Positions 43,867 to 56,309 of a stretch of DNA of 64,000 bases are shown piece by piece. Position 1 is the stretch's first letter. Every line of letters starts with the position of its first letter. The notes beneath the pieces are model-generated. The model did not search any database. It saw only the letters and a list, made by a program, of their open reading frames with translations, and was not told where the DNA came from. The DNA comes from an uncultured Verrucomicrobiae bacterium (GTDB lineage Bacteria; Verrucomicrobiota; Verrucomicrobiia; Limisphaerales; JAFGQR01): positions 1-64,000 of the forward strand of contig CAWBHS010000039.1 of the NCBI GenBank assembly GCA_963788655.1, given 5' to 3'. Position numbers and translations under genes: made by a program.

Positions 43867-45006
43867 CTAAAGCTCCCTCACACAACGGAACCCAAAGAAG
43901 CTGAAGGTATCGCCCGGGTTGACGTTGTCGCGATAGGCACACCCCGCATAGTAGGCGGCGGCGTTCCACCCGCCACCGCGCATCACACGGCCGCCCGATC
44001 CGGGCCCTGCTCCTGTTGGATTATTTGTGGTGGGCTGGCCATACGGCGTTCCATACCAATCCCAACACCACTCCCACACATTCCCCGCCATGTCGTAAAG
44101 GCCATAACCATTCGGCGCAAAAGACCCCACCGGACTCGTCGCCGGACTCGTTCCCCCGACACTCCCAATAGCGTTATAGCCGTTGGGACCCAAGTCATAG
44201 CTGTAACCGAAGGTCGCTCCAAAGTAATTGGCCTGACTTTCCGAAATGCTGTTGCCCCACGGAAACCGTAGCCCGCTCAACCCGCCCCGCGCCGCCTTCT
44301 CCCACTCCGCTTCCGTCGGCAACCGATACCCGTTTGCTGCCAAATTCTGATAGACTGTCGTTCCCTCGTCCCCATTCGTGAACACCTGCGTAAGTCCCGC
44401 ATCCGTGTAATACACCGGCGGCAACCCCGCCTGCTGTGACCGAGCATTGCACCACTTCGCACAATCAAACCAGTCCACCGTCTGCACCGGATGATTCGCT
44501 GCCTTGCCCGCACCCGCATGCACAAAATCGTAGCCATGGCTCGTGGCATACGCATACACATTCGTCCATTCGCTCCACGTCACCTCGGTCTGGTCCATGT
44601 AAAATGCCGACACATACACATTCGTCGGATTCGCATCGGTTATTTCAGAATCATTTGTAGCGGTGTTATAGAAAAGGTAGTTGCCCATGGTGAACGAACC
44701 CGCCGGTATCAGCACCATGCCCGCCGTCGTATCGGTCGAGGCTAGCAACCGGAAATAACCCGCCGGGGAGGAGTTCGTCACCGTCGCGGCATTGACCGTG
44801 ACCGCATTGCTCGCCGTCACCCAGTTGGGCGCAGCGAGATTGGTGGTCGTCTGCAACACGTAATTCGTCGTGCTCACCGGCCAGTAAAGAATGGATTGCC
44901 CGCCCGGTGCCGGGGCGATGCCCAGATTCGTTACTTGCGCGTTGATCAGTTGAACGCCAGCAATGAGCGCCAGCCCGATGAACAGGGATTGTAGTTTGGT
45001 TTTCAT
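43867..45006 (-). CDS. Secreted FGE-sulfatase/SUMF1 (CLec-fold) protein
   Basis: Signal peptide; MVLIPAGSFTMG, GYRLPTEAEWEKAARGG, NGYGLYDMAGNVWEWCWD, RVMRGGGW, GFRCV. Confidence 0.9.
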   Translation of the reverse strand: MKTKLQSLFIGLALIAGVQLINAQVTNLGIAPAPGGQSILYWPVSTTNYVLQTTTNLAAPNWVTASNAVTVNAATVTNSSPAGYFRLLASTDTTAGMVLIPAGSFTMGNYLFYNTATNDSEITDANPTNVYVSAFYMDQTEVTWSEWTNVYAYATSHGYDFVHAGAGKAANHPVQTVDWFDCAKWCNARSQQAGLPPVYYTDAGLTQVFTNGDEGTTVYQNLAANGYRLPTEAEWEKAARGGLSGLRFPWGNSISESQANYFGATFGYSYDLGPNGYNAIGSVGGTSPATSPVGSFAPNGYGLYDMAGNVWEWCWDWYGTPYGQPTTNNPTGAGPGSGGRVMRGGGWNAAAYYAGCAYRDNVNPGDTFSFFGFRCVREL

Positions 45007-45126
45007 GGTTTCAGGGTCGTAGTTCCTGACACCCCATTAAAACACAATTGAATGGAGAGGGGGAAGCTTTTTTGCCAAGTTCACGGCAAGTTTTACTTCG
45101 CGGTCAGGCTGGTCCCAGCTTTGGAC

Positions 45127-45442
45127 CTGGCTCGCGCCGGATCAGGTGCGCGTCATCACGCTCAACGACGACGAAGCATTGATCGACTACGCCAAGCCCA
45201 TTGTGAATGAACTGCGCGCCAACATGGTGCGCGTGGACACGGATTTCAGCGCGACGCCGTTCAAGGCGAAGATTGCCAACGCGGAACAACTGCGCGTCCA
45301 CACGATGATGGTCATCGGCGGTCGCGACATGGAAGCCGGCGCGGTGAGCGTGCTTCTCCACCACGTCGGATCGCAAGACGCGAAACCGAAGGCGGAAGTC
45401 GTGGCGGATATTTTGGCAACGATTCGGGAACGGCGAAATTAA
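45127..45442 (+). pseudogene. thrS: Duplicated 3' end of thrS (anticodon-binding domain)
   Basis: Diverged direct repeat of 43379-43697 starting at [10 protein letters not shown]. Confidence 0.9.
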
Positions 45443-45756
45443 TTGCAGAGAATTCAGCATGGCGGCAGTAATCAAACCCGGGGACGGCAAGACTCCGTCG
45501 AGCCCTGACTTCCTGGAAGCGCTTGGGTGAAGCGTTAGTCCCAGGAAGAAACCGCCAGCCTGAAGATCGGATTCAGTTACACTTTTTGCTTGCATTAGCG
45601 AGAGCCGAAGTTTAGGCGTACCCCCATCGTAACCGGATGTTGCCGTTGGATGAACGCCCGCGCTTGCTTCGGCGTCACCCCGGCCCAGATGGTTGAAAAA
45701 CGAAACGACGTGTTCTAGGAAATCTGCACTGAGCAAAGTGTGACGAAAGGAATAGC

Positions 45757-46137
45757 GTGAAGAACCGATTGGGAATGGATTCTCCAGGGCTGGCGAAGAT
45801 CTTAAGCGCTATGGCGGCATCAGCGATGGAAGTGCAAGCCCGTTTCGACCAAACGCATTTGCAGGAACTGGAAGAATTTGCGCAGTTCGCCGCCACCGTC
45901 CCCACCGACACCCTGCCCTTGGTGCTACCCCTGGCTCCGGCGCGCCAGCGCGTGGACACGTTCCGTCTCGCGTGGGCAATGGAATTGTCCATCGAGCGCC
46001 GCCATGGTTTCGCCATTACCGTTCGTCTAATCAACCTCGGCTACGAGGCGCGTTTTGGGGTGCGACAAAGCAAAGCAGCGCGGATTGAATTGCAGGTGGA
46101 GCAAGTGCCGGTGGCGGCGGCACAGTTGAAAAGTTGA
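45757..46137 (+). CDS. Hypothetical protein, helix + beta-hairpin (DUF2589/Trypco-like)
   Basis: AAAGGA RBS; LAKILSAMAASAMEVQARFD..RIELQVEQVP. Confidence 0.65.
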   Translation: MKNRLGMDSPGLAKILSAMAASAMEVQARFDQTHLQELEEFAQFAATVPTDTLPLVLPLAPARQRVDTFRLAWAMELSIERRHGFAITVRLINLGYEARFGVRQSKAARIELQVEQVPVAAAQLKS

Positions 46138-46204
46138 AGGAGTGCGGCGGTCGTTTGAATGAACATCGTGGAAGAGAAATGACACTGAACGGAAGGAACT
46201 AACC

Positions 46205-46837
46205 ATGCCAGTCAAACCAAGCAAGTTGATCAATGACCTGAATTATGTGCCGAACATTGTGGGCGCACTGGGATTAAGCATCGCCGCCGCGCAGAAGGCG
46301 TTCAACCTCGACTATTTGCAGAATGTCGAGCGGCTGATTGCCCTCGCCCGATCGATTTTTGGTGAAAAAATCCTCGACGACCAGGGCAAGCCCAAAGACA
46401 TGACCGACGCGCAGAAGGCAAAGCTCGAACAATTCGCGTCGTTCTTGAAGGAACTGCTCGTGGCCACGGCGCCGCCGCGTTACCAGTTCACCGAAACCAC
46501 TCTCAACGTGAAACTGGACCTGGCGCAATCGATGGACCTGAACGTAGGCGCGGGCCTGGGCGTCGGATTTGGTGCCGTGACCGTGAGCGCTTCACTGGCC
46601 ATCGGTTACGGATACGACTATCGGGCGGCCGCGGAGTGTCACACAGTCATCCACGCCATTCCGGCGGACCCCAATGTGTTTCGTCCGCTGCTGGACCGAG
46701 CCAAAGAAGTGAATGACAAAATGCTCGCGCTTTCAGATCCCGCCGGCATCGATAACCGCATCATTGAGCAAAGCCGCGCCATTTTCGAGCAGGTCATGGG
46801 CGTAAAGGCGCCCACGCCGGTCGAGGCGCCGAAATAG
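46205..46837 (+). CDS. Hypothetical protein, DUF2589/Trypco-like
   Basis: GGAAGGA RBS; LGLSIAAAQKAFN, PPRYQFTET, Gly-rich hairpin, VIHAIP. Confidence 0.8.
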   Translation: MPVKPSKLINDLNYVPNIVGALGLSIAAAQKAFNLDYLQNVERLIALARSIFGEKILDDQGKPKDMTDAQKAKLEQFASFLKELLVATAPPRYQFTETTLNVKLDLAQSMDLNVGAGLGVGFGAVTVSASLAIGYGYDYRAAAECHTVIHAIPADPNVFRPLLDRAKEVNDKMLALSDPAGIDNRIIEQSRAIFEQVMGVKAPTPVEAPK

Positions 46838-46877
46838 TCCGAGAGACTGCGAGGCTCGCAACGGCAGCGGCTAGTCC

Positions 46878-46945
46878 GGGGCGCGGACATTCTTGTCCGC
46901 CTTGGAGAACTGGGCGCAGCAGGCGGACAAGAATGTCCGCGCTCC
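46878..46945. repeat. REP inverted pair
   Basis: GCGCGGACATTCTTGTCCGC ... GCGGACAAGAATGTCCGCGCTCC. Confidence 0.85.
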
Positions 46946-47044
46946 AATGCGAGTGTTTGGGAATTGTTCTGCGGCAGTAATTGGCTGACAGCAAAGCTGC
47001 CGACAAGCTCGGAATGGGAAAGAACTCGCTAACGAATAAATATC

Positions 47045-47971
47045 ATGCCGCTTAAGAAAATAGATGTCGTCAATGCCGCCAGCGATTTGCGTGACCGCGC
47101 CAAGCAGTTGAGCGACGCGGCAGACGCGCTGTGGGACAAGGCCCGGAAACAAAGTGGCACGGAGATTCCGGATAACGTACTGGGCGATGAACGCAACGAA
47201 GTACTCATCGAACACGGCACGCTTGAAACCGATTGGGTGGCGCTGGCCCAGGCGCTCAATGTGTCGCTCGAAGGCACGAGCACGGATTTTGCCGAGTTCC
47301 TCACCACCACCGGTGCGGCGCTCGTGGCCACCCAACGGCAATTGGACACCCAGTCCAAAGCGTACCTGGACAGCCTGGCGGGCAGTCCGCACGTGCTGCC
47401 GTCCGTTTTTCGCATTCCCAAATTGTCGGGCGAAATGAAGTTTGCCCTGGAGCGTGTGGCCGGGCAAAAGCTGAACCTGGTCTTCTACGGGAAGGAGGAA
47501 AAGAACACCGCGCTCAACCAGCAGTCGATGTCATTCGAGATCGTTTCGGCGCCGCCCCCGCCGGAATTCATGCAGAAGTTGCTGACGGTGGCACCGCGGC
47601 TCGAACTGGTCCTGGCGCTGCCGGAACGGGAACGGATCATGGCGGTGGTGCAGGCCTCCGATCTCGAACCGAAACTACTACCCCAAGCGGATATGCTCGA
47701 GCATCCGGACGAAGTCTTGATCACTCCCGCGGTGGTGCCCGGTGAGGAACGGGCGTCGAAATACTTTCTGCTGTACGCCAACGAAACCCAGGAAGAGCTC
47801 ATCGGCGCGTGGCACGTCGATGTGGCGGCGGCCGAAATCGTGACGGTATATCGCTACGACTTGAAGCCGGGGTCCAAGGAAACGATCAAGCCGTTCAAAG
47901 ACTTCACGCTGGCGTTGGCCAAATTCCAGGCGGCTTACCTGAGACAATTGCGGCCACCGGGCAATGCCTGA
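47045..47971 (+). CDS. Hypothetical protein with DUF2589/Trypco-like core
   Basis: GAALVATQRQLD, PSVFRIPKLSGEMKF, SFEIVSAPPPPE. Confidence 0.8.
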   Translation: MPLKKIDVVNAASDLRDRAKQLSDAADALWDKARKQSGTEIPDNVLGDERNEVLIEHGTLETDWVALAQALNVSLEGTSTDFAEFLTTTGAALVATQRQLDTQSKAYLDSLAGSPHVLPSVFRIPKLSGEMKFALERVAGQKLNLVFYGKEEKNTALNQQSMSFEIVSAPPPPEFMQKLLTVAPRLELVLALPERERIMAVVQASDLEPKLLPQADMLEHPDEVLITPAVVPGEERASKYFLLYANETQEELIGAWHVDVAAAEIVTVYRYDLKPGSKETIKPFKDFTLALAKFQAAYLRQLRPPGNA

Positions 47972-49292
47972 GGAAGCCGTCAAAGATTTGCGACATCTGC
48001 CCGCAGACGTGGCGGACACCGCGGCAACCTTGCCCCGAGCCGGCGATCAACTGGTTCGCCTTTCCGCCGAGCAACTGGTTGATAATCCGTTGGGCTGGCG
48101 TCAGTGGCTGGTATTGCGACAGGTGGAATTGCGCTGGCGCTTCTACGTGGCGAAGACGGGCAAGCGGGTGGTGTTCTTTTTCTTTCGCAAGCAATCACCG
48201 GTCGAAGTGGTGATGGATGCTCACCTGGAGTTTCGGGTCGCCCCGTCGCCGCTCATTCCGCGACAGGTGCCGCTGGTGCCGCGCGAGATGCTGTGCCAAT
48301 TAGTCTGGCCGCGCCTGCTGGCGAAACGGTCCGTTGGGACCACCGACCGCGTGACCTTTCAACTCGATCAAGCCGGCAACGAAACACTGGACGCGATCCA
48401 TCCGGAGACAGGCCCGGACGAGGCCGAGCTAAGGTACTTGCGCGGACCCACGGAAATCCCGACCCGAGGTGCTGATGGCCAATGGCGCGTCGCACCGTTT
48501 ATCGCTTTCATCGAGGCGGTGCGCGCATGGATTGGCACGGGCTTGCAGCAGGGGCGGGAGGAAATTCTCACCGTGCCCTTGCCCAATGATCCGCTGGTGG
48601 CGCGCCGGATACTCTACTATGGGCTGGTGTCGTTCTGCGCCGCGGCCAACGCCACGAGCGACCTCACCACCCGGCCGACGATGCCCCCGCTGTTCGAAGA
48701 ATTGCAGTCGCCTTACGACATCACCGGCTTCCGGGCGGGAGTCGTATTGCGGTTGAAAGCGGACGGCACCGAGATCGCCGCGCTGGATGATGATCATCCC
48801 GTGCAACTGATGATGGAGTTGGAGGTGCAACGGACACCGGCGGCGGGCGCCCGCGCCAAGGTGTGGCTGGGACCGCCGGATTTTCTACTGACCGGGCCAC
48901 TGCACCAAGCGTTCTTCGATGAGTTTCTGGATGGTTTGCCCCTGTTCGCCAACTCGCCCGTTGCGATGGCCGCAATGCTGGCGCTGCGGACATTCGTGCT
49001 GCAAAACGCGAACCGGATTTCCATTTTCCGCGTCAAACGCGATGGGCGGCGAGATACCAACGCATTGGTGGTGACAGGAATGTGGGAAGGCGAGCGCATC
49101 GCCGTGGTGCTGAAAGGCGTCTTTGAAGTGGATACCGCAACCACGCCGCCGCAGGTCCAACGCCGGGGCAACATCCGCTTGCTGCAAACCGGGCCGGTGG
49201 AACCACAGGATGCCATTCTGGACGAAGACGTGGTCCGGCATTTCTTCCATTTGATGGCGGCGTTGAAATCCTGGGGAGGCGTGTTGCCATGA
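47964..49292 (+). CDS. Hypothetical protein (442 aa)
   Basis: Overlaps the upstream stop; long ORF. Confidence 0.75.
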   Translation: MPEEAVKDLRHLPADVADTAATLPRAGDQLVRLSAEQLVDNPLGWRQWLVLRQVELRWRFYVAKTGKRVVFFFFRKQSPVEVVMDAHLEFRVAPSPLIPRQVPLVPREMLCQLVWPRLLAKRSVGTTDRVTFQLDQAGNETLDAIHPETGPDEAELRYLRGPTEIPTRGADGQWRVAPFIAFIEAVRAWIGTGLQQGREEILTVPLPNDPLVARRILYYGLVSFCAAANATSDLTTRPTMPPLFEELQSPYDITGFRAGVVLRLKADGTEIAALDDDHPVQLMMELEVQRTPAAGARAKVWLGPPDFLLTGPLHQAFFDEFLDGLPLFANSPVAMAAMLALRTFVLQNANRISIFRVKRDGRRDTNALVVTGMWEGERIAVVLKGVFEVDTATTPPQVQRRGNIRLLQTGPVEPQDAILDEDVVRHFFHLMAALKSWGGVLP

Positions 49293-49642
49293 CACCGCGA
49301 GGCATCGGACGTTGGATTCGCCTGCGAGTGCGGCGCGCGTGGCAGGGCCTTCTTCGGAGCCGCGGGATCACCTTGGATTTGCGGAAACGCGGCGGCAGCC
49401 GCACGGCCATCGCATTGGCGTCGGGCTGTGTTGGCGAAATCATTTCCACGCCGGCCCGAAGGCAGTTCGCGGTGTTGCCGGAGGTCGAGCCAATGTTGAG
49501 GGAGGCGGGGGCGCGATTCCGGCAGGGCCAATTGTTTTCCGCCTTGATCGAGCCCGTGCAAGCCGGGGTCAACATCCGCGCCCGCGTCAAGGAACAGGGT
49601 GCGCAGGCCGCGCAGCACTTGATTCTGCTTGGTGGCAACTGA
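49289..49642 (+). CDS. Hypothetical basic protein
   Basis: ATGA coupling with the upstream gene. Confidence 0.55.
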   Translation: MTPRGIGRWIRLRVRRAWQGLLRSRGITLDLRKRGGSRTAIALASGCVGEIISTPARRQFAVLPEVEPMLREAGARFRQGQLFSALIEPVQAGVNIRARVKEQGAQAAQHLILLGGN

Positions 49643-49726
49643 GGAATCAGCAGCGTGGGAGGGGGAAGCAGGAATCACTCGGAATCCACATGCATCTCGC
49701 CCCAGCAGCAGCCGGATGCGTGAACG

Positions 49727-52575
<2,849 letters not shown>

Positions 52576-52667
52576 AAGCCGGGAACTATTGGGGATAATC
52601 CGTTCGGAGGCAATGGCAGATTTTGAGCGGATGAATTGCGCAAGAGCCGCAACGATTCAGTCAAAAA

Positions 52668-52810
52668 GGGGAGCGCGCCCGCCCCGGGCGCCGTGGTTGG
52701 CGCCTCGCCATCCACTTTCGAGAATCGGATTCGGTATTGAGTGACTGCTCAGTCGCGGGGCTAACCGGCAAGGGCGCCGGTTGGCAGCGCCCGAGGCGGG
52801 CGCGCTCCCC
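52668..52810. repeat. REP inverted pair
   Basis: GGGGAGCGCGCCCGCCCCGGGCGC ... GCGCCCGAGGCGGGCGCGCTCCCC. Confidence 0.8.
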
Positions 52811-52851
52811 AAACACAATGGCACAGATACGGCTGATGCCCGCCACATCTT

Positions 52852-53301
52852 TCAGCCCGGATATTGCCCGGTGATGTAATTGTGCAACTGGTCGATGGCC
52901 TGCCGTTGCGCGCTGATGATCCAATTGACCAGATCGCCGATGGAGACAATCCCGAGAATGTCCTGCCCTTCCAGCACCGGCAGATGGCGCACGCGATGTT
53001 TGGTCATCAACTGCATGCACTCCTGGATGGTCTGCTTGGGCGTCACCGAAATCACGGGACTGGAAACGATTTCGCGAACCGGCGTGGTGCGTGAATTCTT
53101 ACCCAGCAAAGCGATCTTCCGGCTGTAGTCCCGCTCGGACATCACCCCGATCAGTTTGCCGCCTTCCATCACCAGCAAAGCCCCGATGTTTTTCTCTCCC
53201 ATCACCTTCAACGCGTTGAAGACCATCTCATCCGGAGACGTCGTCCAGACCTGGGAGCCCTTGTTTGCGAGAATTTCACTAATGGTGCCGACGTTTTCCA
53301 T
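52852..53301 (-). CDS. CBS domain protein
   Basis: NIGALLV..SERDYSRK, HRVRHLPV..GIVSIGDLV. Confidence 0.92.
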   Translation of the reverse strand: MENVGTISEILANKGSQVWTTSPDEMVFNALKVMGEKNIGALLVMEGGKLIGVMSERDYSRKIALLGKNSRTTPVREIVSSPVISVTPKQTIQECMQLMTKHRVRHLPVLEGQDILGIVSIGDLVNWIISAQRQAIDQLHNYITGQYPG

Positions 53302-53447
53302 AGAGTCTAATGTTGTTGCTTGCAATTACTCATGGCACTTTCCCGCGCCCGGAGCAATACATTTCGCGGCCTTTTCTTGAACTTTTTTCGGCCCATCCCA
53401 GCGTTCCGCCGAGCTTCCGGCAACCGGCCCGCGCCCGGTCCATTCGC

Positions 53448-55014
53448 TCATGATCCACGACGTCCCAAGCGCGCTCCGATTTGGGCCAGGATCTCCTTGG
53501 GATAAGGGATTTTCAACCAGAGCGTCAAACCGAAGTAAAGCAGGCTGGCGCCAAGCAACGGAACAAACGTTTCGCCCAGTTTCAAGAGCAGACTCGCATG
53601 ACCCAGCGTCCGGTTCCAGTCCGCGCCAGACCAGCCAGGCCGTCAAGCCCGCCGCCAGCGCCGCCCCCAGCATGGAAAGTAATTCGCCGAGTAACGAGGC
53701 CATGCCGAGCCGGGCCAATTTGCGGCGAAGCGCGTAGAGGAGCAGGCCCACATTGATGGTTGCGCTCAGCGTGTTGGCAATCCCCATGCCGCCTTGTTTG
53801 AATCGCCACACCAGGGCGAACACCAAGACCACATTGAAGCCCAGGCAAAAGATGCTCACCCGCATGGGGGTCTTGGTGTCGCCGAGCGCATAAAAAGCCC
53901 GCGCCACCACATTGACCACGGAATAGGCCACTAAACTGGGCGCCAGGCACACCAACGCGTACGCCGCTTGCGAGGTCGAGTAAGCGTCGAACCGTCCACG
54001 CTCGAACAGCAGGCGAATGATCGGCTCGGCCAGCACCAGCAACAGCGCTGAAGCCAGCAGATTGACGAACAGCAAATGGCCGATGCCTTGCCGTAACAGC
54101 AAACGGAACTCGGGATATTTCTTTTCCGCCGCCAGGCCGGCCAACGCAGGTAACATGAAAGTGGCCAGTGAAATGCCGAACACGCCCTGGGGCAGTTCCA
54201 TCAGCCGCACAGCGTAGTTGAACGACGAGACAATGCCTTTGTCCACCCAGTAAGCCATGCCCTGCGTCAGCAGCACGTTCAGTTGAAACGCGGCCACGCC
54301 GATCATGCCGGGAACCATTTTGCGCACCACCAACCGCACCGTGGCATTCCCCCAGGGTGTGATCCAACGGAAGCGAAATCCTTCCCGCCGCAACACCGGC
54401 AGTTGGAACCCAGCCTGGAACACGCCCGCCAGGAGGACCCCAATCCCCAGGCCGAAAATGCGCTCGTCCAGGCGCGTGCCCATGTGGGGCGCAATGAAAT
54501 ACACTGCGGCAATCATCACCACGTTCAGCATGGTGGCGCCCATGGCGGGAATGAAAAAAAAGCCGCGCGCGTTCAGCATCGCCATAAATACTGCGGCCAG
54601 CGTGACCATGAGCAAATACGGGAACGTCAGGCGCAGCAGACGCAACATCAGCAACGTCGTGCCCGGAAATTCCCCGAAGTGAAGCGCCAGCGAAACACCG
54701 GCAACGCCCAGCACCACAATGGCCAGCGTCGCCAGAACCAATCCCGAAATCACGGCGTTGGCCGCGCGCCACATTTCGGCTTCGCCCTCGAGCTTCTCCT
54801 TCTCCTTGAACACGGGAATAAAGGCGGCGGTGAGTGCGCCTTCGCCGAGCAACCGGCGAAAGAGATTGGGCACCATGAACGCCAGCACAAAGGCATCGGT
54901 CACCCAGCCAATCCCCATGAAACTGGCGTACACCATCTCGCGCACCATGCCGAGCAGCCGGCTGGTGAGCGTGGCGGCCGCCATGGCTCCCGAGGATTTG
55001 AGCATTTGGGACAT
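53448..55014 (-). CDS. murJ: Lipid II flippase MurJ/MviN (frameshift ~53610; corrected stop 53448)
   Basis: SRLLGMVRE, PNLFRRLLGEGA, RLMELPQGVFG, RAFYALGDTKTP. Confidence 0.93.
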
Positions 55015-55078
55015 GTCGGCGGAATAGTTCCGGGTTCACCCGGCTGAGGGCAAGGGGAAAGCATGCGGACCGTGTAGT

Positions 55079-55384
55079 AACGTGCTGCCGGCGTCTCGCC
55101 GGCAGAACCGGACGCGCCGGCACTGCTCAAACCATCGTCACCGTCCGAAGGGGGAATTGTGCGTGCGACGCCTCTTACCAATTCGTGGAGCCTTCCTCCA
55201 TTCGCTCTGCCGGCAGGATGCCGGCAGCACGTTGGGCCGCGTGCTGCTGGCGTCTCGCCGGCAGAAACGGACGCGCCGGCACTGTCAAACCACCGCCACC
55301 GTCCAATGGGGAATTGTGCGTGCGCCGCCTCATGCCATTCGAGCCTCTCCATTCGTTCTGCCGGCAAGATGCCGGCAGCACGTT
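55079..55384. repeat. Tandem duplication of a REP doublet
   Basis: Two units GTGCTGCYGGCGTCTCGCCGGCAG ... CTGCCGGCARGATGCCGGCAGCACGTT with similar spacers. Confidence 0.85.
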
Positions 55385-55393
55385 GGCGCCGCG

Positions 55394-56176
55394 TTAGAAT
55401 TCGATCACGTCTTGGTCACGCGGGAAGATTATCTCCACTCCCGGAAGCAGCTTGGCCGCCAGTTGTTGCGTTTCAGCGAAGTTCTCCCAGTAACGCCGCT
55501 CGAGGTGCGTGAACACCAGATGCTTGATGTCCCGCCCCTGGAGAAATTCAAATAACCGTTCGGCGCGGAAGTGCGACAATTCACAGACCAAGACATCCAG
55601 GGGATTGGCCAAAAGCGGTCCTAAATCGTCCACCGCGCCCAGATCACCGCTATGTCCGAGCCGACGGCCATCCGCTTCAATTAAAAAACAAAACGCGTCG
55701 TAGTTGCCGGGATATTTGCCTTGGAAATTCTTGCGGAAGCCTTCCAGGTGGGTGGTCCGATACGGCGTGAGCTTCCAGGAATCGCCGTTCACCGCTTGGC
55801 CGGACTGGAGCGATTCAAAGCTCAATTCAAACGACAACAACTCCTCGAACAGATAGGCCGTGGTCACCATTTGACGCAAAGGTGCAACGGCGTCGGCCGG
55901 CACGTGTACCACCAGATCCTTGCGCCGTTTTTCGAGCCAGAAACTCTGCAACAACATAAACAGTCCCCCGAAGTGGTCGCTGTGAGTATGAGTCAGGAAA
56001 ATGCGGTCAACGGTGTCATGGCTCAATCCCGACGCTTTGAAGCTGCGGCTCACCGGCTCACCGCAATCGACCAGGAGATGGGCGTCGCCAAGCTGGTACA
56101 TATAGGCGGAGTGATTGCGGTCGCCACCGGCAGAGCCATCTCCGATCCCAAAACATTTCAGATTGTGTTTGTTCAT
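55394..56176 (-). CDS. MBL-fold hydrolase (RNase Z/BN-like)
   Basis: LVDCGE, THTHSDHFGG, HSGD, LVCE, LVFTH. Confidence 0.85.
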   Translation of the reverse strand: MNKHNLKCFGIGDGSAGGDRNHSAYMYQLGDAHLLVDCGEPVSRSFKASGLSHDTVDRIFLTHTHSDHFGGLFMLLQSFWLEKRRKDLVVHVPADAVAPLRQMVTTAYLFEELLSFELSFESLQSGQAVNGDSWKLTPYRTTHLEGFRKNFQGKYPGNYDAFCFLIEADGRRLGHSGDLGAVDDLGPLLANPLDVLVCELSHFRAERLFEFLQGRDIKHLVFTHLERRYWENFAETQQLAAKLLPGVEIIFPRDQDVIEF

Positions 56177-56309
56177 GCGGGCAGCCGGTTTGCGAACAAC
56201 CGACGGCGACGATAATGCATAAACTTGACCTCGGCGCAATCGTGGACTTTGCAGAGCTTAGCAGAACGGTCTGCATGCTGCGAAAAAACACTTCGTGCTT
56301 GGCCTTTGG

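Noticed and set aside
43867..45006. Complete diversity-generating retroelement
   Set aside because: No reverse transcriptase, accessory gene or template repeat found in the window.
45104..45736. 210-aa minus-strand ORF
   Set aside because: Half is antisense to the thrS duplicate; the rest has no recognisable homology.
55079..55384. CRISPR-like repeat-spacer pattern
   Set aside because: Repeats alternate in orientation and the spacers are duplicates of each other; this is a REP doublet duplication.
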